Shown here piece after piece: positions 54,783 to 64,000 of a stretch of 64,000 bases of DNA. The notes below the pieces were generated by a model. That model worked only from the letters and a program-made list of their open reading frames with translations, ran no database searches and was not told where the DNA came from. This DNA comes from the human T2T-CHM13v2.0 reference genome, Homo sapiens, in the NCBI RefSeq assembly GCF_009914755.1, contig NC_060931.1, one strand, 5' to 3'. The translations under genes were made by a program, and so were the position numbers. Numbering within the stretch: position 1 is the stretch's first letter; each line of letters opens with the position of its first letter.

Positions 54783-55347
54783 GTAAGGCTGGGGGTCTCT
54801 AGGAGGGGTGCGATGAGGGAGGACTCTGTCCTGGGAAATGTCAAAGAGAACAGAGATCCCAGCTCCCGGAGCCAGACTGAGGGAGACGTCATGTCATGTC
54901 CCGGGATTGAGTTCAGGGGAGGCTCCCTGTGAGGGCGAATCCACCCAGGCTTCCCAGAGGCTCTGAGCAGTCACAGCTGAGCCCAGGGTGATGGGGCAGA
55001 AGAGGGAAGGGGAGGGGGCCTCTCCTCATAGTTCCCTGAGATAGCCCAGAGAAAGCCCGGTGGGTAATGAATGAGCCACAACACCTCTCCATCTATCTGC
55101 TTCACTGACAGAGGTTCTCTGTAGATTCTTCGTATATTCCTGTGCTGGATTTTATAGGAGGCCACTCTGTGTCTCTTTTTGTCACCTGCCTGAGTCTTGG
55201 GCAAGCTCTGGAAGGGAACACAGAGTACTGGAAGCAGAGCTGCTGTCCCTGTGAGGGAAGAGTTCCCATGAACTCCCAACCTCTGCCTGAATCCCAGCTG
55301 TGCTCAGCAGAGACTGGGGGGTTTTGAAGTGGCCCTGGGAGGCTGTG

Positions 55348-55397
55348 CTCTGGAAACACCATATATTTTGGAGAGGGAAGTTGGCTCACTGTTGTAG
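55348..55397 (+). CDS. TRBJ1-3: TCR beta joining segment SGNTIYFGEGSWLTVV
   Basis: FGxG; RSS GGTTTTGAA...GGCTGTG 55320-55347; GTGAGT donor. Confidence 0.97.
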
Positions 55398-55942
55398 GTG
55401 AGTAAGTCAAGGCTGGACAGCTGGGAACTTGCAAAAAGGGGCTGGAATCCAGACGGAGCCTTTGTCTCTAGTGCTTAGGTGAAAGTGTATTTTTGTCAGG
55501 AAGGCCTATGAGGCAGATGAGGAGGGGATAGCCTCCCTCTCCTCTCCACTATTTTGTAGACTGCCTGTGCCAAGTTAGGTTCCCCTACTGAGAGATGGGT
55601 AGACTCAGCTTGGAAGGGGTCACCTTGAACATCTCCTGTCTCCTTGAAGGGTGCCGGTCACGGCCATGACAGATAAAAGAGCCTCTGACCTTACCACCAC
55701 GGTCCTACCGTTTCTCTCCCTCACACAGAAAGGAGAAGGTCACAGAAGAGGGAACTTGGGGGATCACACGGGGCCTAATTGGTCTGCTGACCACCGCATT
55801 TTGGGTTGTACCATTGTCTACCCCTCTACCCACCAGGGTTAAAATTCTACTAAGGAACAGGAGAGGACCTGGCAGGTGGACTTGGGGAGGCAGGAGTGGA
55901 AGGCAGCAGGTCGCGGTTTTCCTTCCAGTCTTTAATGTTGTG

Positions 55943-55993
55943 CAACTAATGAAAAACTGTTTTTTGGCAGTGGAACCCAGCTCTCTGTCTTGG
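55943..55993 (+). CDS. TRBJ1-4: TCR beta joining segment TNEKLFFGSGTQLSVL
   Basis: FGxG; RSS GGTTTTCCT...TGTTGTG 55915-55942; GTATGT donor. Confidence 0.97.
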
Positions 55994-56215
55994 GTATGTA
56001 AAAGACTTCTTTCGGGATAGTGTATCATAAGGTCGGAGTTCCAGGAGGACCCCTTGCGGGAGGGCAGAAACTGAGAACACAGCCAAGAAAAGCTCATAAA
56101 ATGTGGGTCAGTGGAGTGTGTGGTGGGGCCCCAAGAGTTCTGTGTGTAAGCAGCTTCTGGAAGGAAGGGCCCACACCAGCTCCTCTGGGGTTTGCCACAC
56201 TCATGATGCACTGTG

Positions 56216-56265
56216 TAGCAATCAGCCCCAGCATTTTGGTGATGGGACTCGACTCTCCATCCTAG
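56216..56265 (+). CDS. TRBJ1-5: TCR beta joining segment SNQPQHFGDGTRLSIL
   Basis: FGxG; RSS GGGTTTGCC...CACTGTG 56188-56215; GTAAGT donor. Confidence 0.97.
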
Positions 56266-56705
56266 GTAAGTTGCAGAATCAGGGTGGTATGGCCATTGTC
56301 CCTTGAAGGCAGAGTTCTCTGCTTCTCCTCCCGGTGCTGGTGAGGCAGATTGAGTAAAATCTCTTACCCCATGGGGTAAGAGCTGTGCCTGTGCCTGCGT
56401 TCCCTTTGGTGTGTCTTGGTTGACTCCTCTATTTCTCTTCTCTAAGTCTTCAGTCCATAATCTGCCTCCTCACTCCCTTCTTGGCTCATCCTCCCTCTTA
56501 TGTGCATGGCTCTGCCTCTCCTAAGCCTCTTCCTCTTGCGCCTTATGCTGCACAGTATGCTTAGGCCTTTTTCCTAACAGAATCCCTTTGGTCCAGAGCC
56601 ATGAATCCAGGCAGAGAAAGGCAGCCATCCTGCTGTCAGGGAGCTAAGACTTGCCCTCTGACTGGAGATCGCCGGGTGGGTTTTATCTAAGCCTCTGCAG
56701 CTGTG

Positions 56706-56758
56706 CTCCTATAATTCACCCCTCCACTTTGGGAATGGGACCAGGCTCACTGTGACAG
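56706..56758 (+). CDS. TRBJ1-6: TCR beta joining segment SYNSPLHFGNGTRLTVT
   Basis: FGxG; RSS GGGTTTTAT...AGCTGTG 56678-56705; GTATG donor. Confidence 0.97.
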
Positions 56759-57477
56759 GTATGGGGGCTCCACTCTTGACTCGGGGGTGCCTGGGTTTGA
56801 CTGCAATGATCAGTTGCTGGGAAGGGAATTGAGTGTAAGAACGGAGGTCAGGGTCACCCCTTCTTACCTGGAGCACTGTGCCCTCTCCTCCCCTCCCTGG
56901 AGCTCTTCCAGCTTGTTGCTCTGCTGTGTTGCCTGCAGTTCCTCAGCTGTAGAGCTCCTTGCTTAGTCTTCAGGGCTGTGTGTTTCTTTGCTCTTCTTTT
57001 CATTGTTTTCTGGGACTCTTCTCATCTCTACTTTCTTAGTGGATGTATTGTTTTACTTTCCCTTTTTTAAATTGCATCTTCTCCATTTTTTCCTTCCCAT
57101 TCTAACTCCACTTCTGCATTGTTGACTCCTTTTGGTGACTAGCTCTGTCTTCTATGTTAAGATTCTCCCCACTGCCAGCCTCCAGCACAGAACTCTGCTC
57201 ATGTCTTCATCTCCCTCCTTCTTTCTTTCTCTACCAGTCTTAGAAGATGCATCTATGTCTTCCTGAGGTAGTTTGAAGGTTCATGAGCCAGGCATGACCA
57301 GGTTGGGGAGACAGGTGGTTTCAGGGTTGCTCTTGAGGCCTGAGGGCAGAAGTCCCTGTCACAGCATTGGGCGAGCTGCAGGGAGTCTCTGAGGTGCCTG
57401 TGTTTGGCAGGTGTTTGGGAGATAGGTCTGAAGAGAGTGTTACAACTGGAAACTGACATTATCTTAGCAACAGATAA

Positions 57478-57805
<328 letters not shown>

Positions 57806-59299
57806 AAGACTCCATTCTCTTAAGCCTCAGAATCTATGCTAGAACAATAGGGTAAAGGCCCCACCAGGAAGCCCTAGTACAACCTTCCCCATGCTGGGGA
57901 GGAAGCAGACAGGCGGTGGAGCGGGGTTGGGATGGGATGAGGTCTAGGATGGAGACATAGACAAGGGTGGAGGAATGGGACTCATAGGGTCTACCAAAGT
58001 TTAGGGGCTTGGGCAGACATTAGTGTAGGTGGGGACACACACCAAGACGTTGAGTGGAAAGTACAAATCACCAGATTCAAAGGCCTGGGTTCAAGGGGCT
58101 GTGGTGGGGGAGGTGTGCAATTTGAAAAGCAACTTAAGCTGCCTCCTCTCTAAGACATAGAAACAGAAGAGACTAACTTATATGAAAATCCTTTGTAAAG
58201 GATTTTGTAAAGGACTCAACTTGTGGTGACAATCCTTTTCATTCCTGTTGTTTATGATCACTAGGTCACAGGGTTTGCCTTTTTCCAAACCTGCATCTCA
58301 ATTTTCCCATCAAAAACATTTCCCAAATTTGGATAAAGAACCCATATCTAGACTTGCCACATTTCTGCACCAAAAGCTCACTCTCATGGTTGGAACAGAG
58401 CCAAGCAAAGGGCACAGTAAATTGTGGTTTCTTCCACTCCTCATGTGTCTTCAGATGAAATCATTCTTTCCAATAATCCCAGAAATTCTTTCTCTCCTCT
58501 CTCAAGCATGTGAAAAGGTCCAGAGCTCTGCAGTGTGAGCTTTCTACTGAAATGGCCCTTGGACTTTGTGGTTCATTCATACTCAGTGGTCTAGCTTGTA
58601 CTACTTTTGAGAATGCAAAGCTTAACTGTGGACGGATTCCAATCCTGGCCAGGCAGGGTTGCTGGACACTCTGAGAGAAGAAAGGGTTAATCCCATGACC
58701 ATCAACTTCCATGGGATTTCAGCCATCCTGGACAAGCTACCACACCCTCCTGCCCCAGGGGAGGAGGAAATGTGGACCATCCCATCAGATATTGACCAGG
58801 TTTGGCTCTTTAAAGAGGGTTACATGCAAGAAAATAAAATTTTTTAAAAAGGTGCTGGGCAGGTGGGGGACTCAGATGTAATGGAAAAGTGTCTTTTCTA
58901 GAAAAGAAAAGCTAATTCTAATATGTGTCACTACCCCACGAGACAAATATATACATCTTGATTTAAAAAAGGAAAATTATAATTAGAAAAAGTCAATTTA
59001 GTTATTGTAATTATACCACTAATGAGAGTTTCCTACCTCGAGTTTCAGGATTACATAGCCATGCACCAAGCAAGGCTTTGAAAAATAAAGATACACAGAT
59101 AAATTATTTGGATAGATGATCAGACAAGCCTCAGTAAAAACAGCCAAGACAATCAGGATATAATGTGACCATAGGAAGCTGGGGAGACAGTAGGCAATGT
59201 GCATCCATGGGACAGCATAGAAAGGAGGGGCAAAGTGGAGAGAGAGCAACAGACACTGGGATGGTGACCCCAAAACAATGAGGGCCTAGAATGACATAG

Positions 59300-60859
<1,560 letters not shown>

Positions 60860-61060
60860 AGGCAGCCCTGGAAGTGGAGTTAGGAGCTTCTAACCCGTCA
60901 TGGTTTCAATACACATTCTTCTTTTGCCAGCGCTTCTGAAGAGCTGCTCTCACCTCTCTGCATCCCAATAGATATCCCCCTATGTGCATGCACACCTGCA
61001 CACTCACGGCTGAAATCTCCCTAACCCAGGGGGACCTTAGCATGCCTAAGTGACTAAACC

Positions 61061-61066
61061 AATAAA
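61061..61066 (+). terminator. TRBC1 polyadenylation signal
   Basis: AATAAA ~200 nt after the stop. Confidence 0.85.
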
Positions 61067-63394
61067 AATGTTCTGGTCTGGCCTGACTCTGACTTGTGAA
61101 TGTCTGGATAGCTCCTTGGCTGTCTCTGAACTCCCTGTGACTCTCCCCATTCAGTCAGGATAGAAACAAGAGGTATTCAAGGAAAATGCAGACTCTTCAC
61201 GTAAGAGGGATGAGGGGCCCACCTTGAGATCAATAGCAGAGGTTAATTCAGCGTGAAAGGCAGTGATGGGAGCTGAAGAGGTTACTTCTAGAACAGTCTA
61301 GGAAGACACAGATGTTGAGTATAGGAATTTTCTATATCCAACTATACTGTTCTGCCCAGGAAAGACGTGCTCAGAGGAAGAGCCAACCTATACAGGTGTG
61401 TTCACCCTCCAGCTGGCCATGTCCCCGTGACTAACAAAGCTGGATTCCATAAGCATCACCCACCTTCCTTGCAGCTTTCTTATTGAGCACTCCATTCATC
61501 TTCATTGGTTCACCAAGTTGATTTCCCAGCTCCAAAGAAGAGAGGCTCTGACTTGCAAACTTATTTTCAATGGAAGATGTGTCTTCCGGTTTAAGTTACC
61601 CATCTGTTTATAAATCTCTCTCTAGTGAATTAAACCAGAATGAAAATGTCCCCTAATCATTCCTGGAAGGTTAGAAAATAAAGGTATCTAAAACTGAGAA
61701 TCAGCCCCATTCCTACTTCTAGAATTCCTTCAAAAGCTCCTTCTGTTGTCTCACTGTCACCATGGTGATGGAGTCCCAAATCCCAAAGGTGGCACAGAAG
61801 ACCGGATGATTATCCTTGTCTCCTTCCACACTCTCCTCACTTCTCTCATCCCTGAAGCCCCTGAGCTGCTTCTTTCAGGCCGCTTTGCACATGCTCTTCC
61901 TCCTGGGGTGACAAAGTACTCTTCTCCCCATGATAACTCCTGCTTAGACTTAAAGATTTAGCTCCAATGTCTTCCCCTCCAAAAAGCTTTCTCTGGCCCT
62001 TTCTTGCCTCTTCCTTACCTCTTCCTCCCTTGAGGCTGGATTAAATACACCTTTATTTTGCTATCACAGTGCCTTGTGCATAACCTTCTTTGTGATACAT
62101 CACACTTGCTGGAAACTACCTCTTTATTTGTCTGACACCCCCAGGGACTATGAACTCCTTGTTAACAAGGATACATTTTAAGATAGTATCCCAGGGCTAT
62201 AGTATAGTAACCTCAGTTTAGTGTAGACACCACATAGGTATGTATGAATAAATAAATGAATAAATGAGTGAACCCAAACTGACCCAATCCAGGAGCAATC
62301 ATCACCGTAAGTCCTGCCTGAAATAGCCATTACCCTTCCATTTATAGGACTACACCACACAGTCTTCCCTCTTTATTGCAACACATACATGCATTCAAAG
62401 ATGCGTGTGTGCATGTATGCACACGCGTGTATATGTTTATATTTACACACATGTACACACATCCACTCATTAAACACATATCCCTGTGATGTGTTGTTAT
62501 CAACTTCCAAGAAAATTAAGATACCCAAATTACAGTCCCCAAGAAGCGTATCTGTTCACAGAGCAACTCAATCATGAACAGAAAGAGCCAAACGCAAGTC
62601 CATGCTTTGAAAGAGCAACATGAACTGCTTACTAAAATGCAGTCAGAGAGTGGCCCTCAATTTCTCACTGGGATAATCAGTAAAGAGTCTGAGAAGGTGG
62701 CAATCTCTTCAAAGGAAGAATTGGTCTCAGTTGTTCACTCTAGAGAATGGCCATGCTGGTCAGAGGCATGAACAAAAGCCCTAATGACATGGCTAGGTAC
62801 CTCTGGGTAGGCCCGTTTAGCTGGTTGCAAGGTTCAGAAATGGGAGTGCTCAAAATTAGCGCTGGAAAGGCAGGTTGGTGCATGCCACTCTGGGAATAAA
62901 CTTACCTCCATGCAACCAGCATGGAGCCTGCACATGGTGGATGTTCACTAAACACCTGTGGAGTAAATGAAGAATATGGAGTTCAGACATCGTTCAGGAA
63001 GCAACTGAACAAAGGGAAATTATAGAGGTTTCTGGATTGTTTGTCCTCCTGTCATAAGGTGCCATCAACTGCTCTGTGGATTTTCCTATGAGCTGCCTGC
63101 CACCCCTCGCTCCTCCCACCCACTTCACTATAAATGCCAGTCTGAGCAGGTGGGCACAGTGAGCCCCACCAGGGAGACCCAGTGACATAGATGGTCTGCT
63201 CAGGGTGATGCATGTTCCAAGGAGGGACCTCTCTGCCCCCCACCATTACCATCACTGTGACTTTCCCCAAGCCCTTCCCATTTTAATTCACTGCCTTTGT
63301 CTTTTCCAAGCCCCACACAGTCAGACTAACCTCTGCCACCTGCGCTTCCTGCCGCTGCCCAGTGGTTGGGGGAGGGGGACTAGCAGGGAGGAAA

Positions 63395-63422
63395 CATTTT
63401 TGTATCATGGTGTAACATTGTG
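63395..63422 (-). other. TRBD2 5' 12-RSS
   Basis: CATTTTTGT - 12 nt - CATTGTG on the + strand. Confidence 0.95.
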
Positions 63423-63438
63423 GGGACTAGCGGGAGGG
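63423..63438 (+). CDS. TRBD2: TCR beta diversity segment 2 (*02-type sequence)
   Basis: GGGACTAGCGGGAGGG between 12- and 23-RSS. Confidence 0.98.
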
Positions 63439-63477
63439 CACGATGATTCAGGTAGAGGAGGTGCTTTTACAAAAAAC
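63439..63477 (+). other. TRBD2 3' 23-RSS
   Basis: CACGATG - 23 nt - ACAAAAAAC. Confidence 0.96.
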
Positions 63478-64000
63478 CCTGATGCAGTAAGCATCCCCAC
63501 CCAGCTCAGGGAATGCAGCTACCAGGTGGGAAGAGTTCTCTGGGGCTGGTCCCAGCTGTGGTCTTGCAGGGTCCCCCAACCCAGCGAGCACCTGTCCATC
63601 TCCCTGTCCAGACTCGGCTTCCAAGGAATAAGAAGGCCAAGACAGCAAAGTGGGATTATCACTCAGCACTTTTAATAAAACTTGTTCTTGACAAAGTACT
63701 TGCACATGCATTATTTATTAAGAACTGATGAAAACCCTGAGGGAAAGATATTGTCCCATCTTTCCAATGAGGAAACTGAGATCAGAGGTTACAGGTCATA
63801 TAACTAGGAAACGGCAAGGTCTAGCCTGCAATATCGCCCAGCTCCAGCCGTTCCAGTACCACCAATGCCCCTTCAGATTTCAAATCCACTGTGTTGTCCC
63901 CCAGCCAAGTGGATTCTCCTCTGCAAATTGGTGGTGGCCTCATGCAAGATCCAGGTTACCGTGTCCAGCTAACTCGAGACAGGAAAAGATAGGCTCAGGA

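Noticed and set aside
58455-58517. Possible Cbeta0-like cassette exon in the J1-C1 intron
   Set aside because: Acceptor is plausible but the donor is weak and the frame has a TGA; homology to the mouse exon cannot be verified without an alignment.

Overview
Human T-cell receptor beta (TRB) locus in germline configuration, at the V-to-D transition. Order on the + strand: nested L1/Alu/LTR debris (1-7000), TRBV29-1 with its 23-RSS (~8 kb), three ~10.6-10.8-kb tandem trypsinogen units (PRSS1, a PRSS3P1/T5-type pseudogene, PRSS2; ~14.4-46.4 kb), a minus-strand WBP1L processed pseudogene, an Alu/LTR8-rich spacer with a candidate CTCF site, then TRBD1, TRBJ1-1 to TRBJ1-6, TRBC1 and TRBD2. The locus is well studied and I see no convincing new gene system. 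The most informative thing readable from the sequence is its architecture: about 40% of each trypsinogen repeat unit is the antisense 3'UTR of the WBP1L retrocopy, whose target-site duplication is still visible, and both repeat junctions are the same WBP1L-to-MIR microhomology join. The window is a three-gene haplotype with PRSS1 promoter alleles c.-408T and c.-204A. Gene, allele and repeat-family names are recalled from memory, not from database searches.
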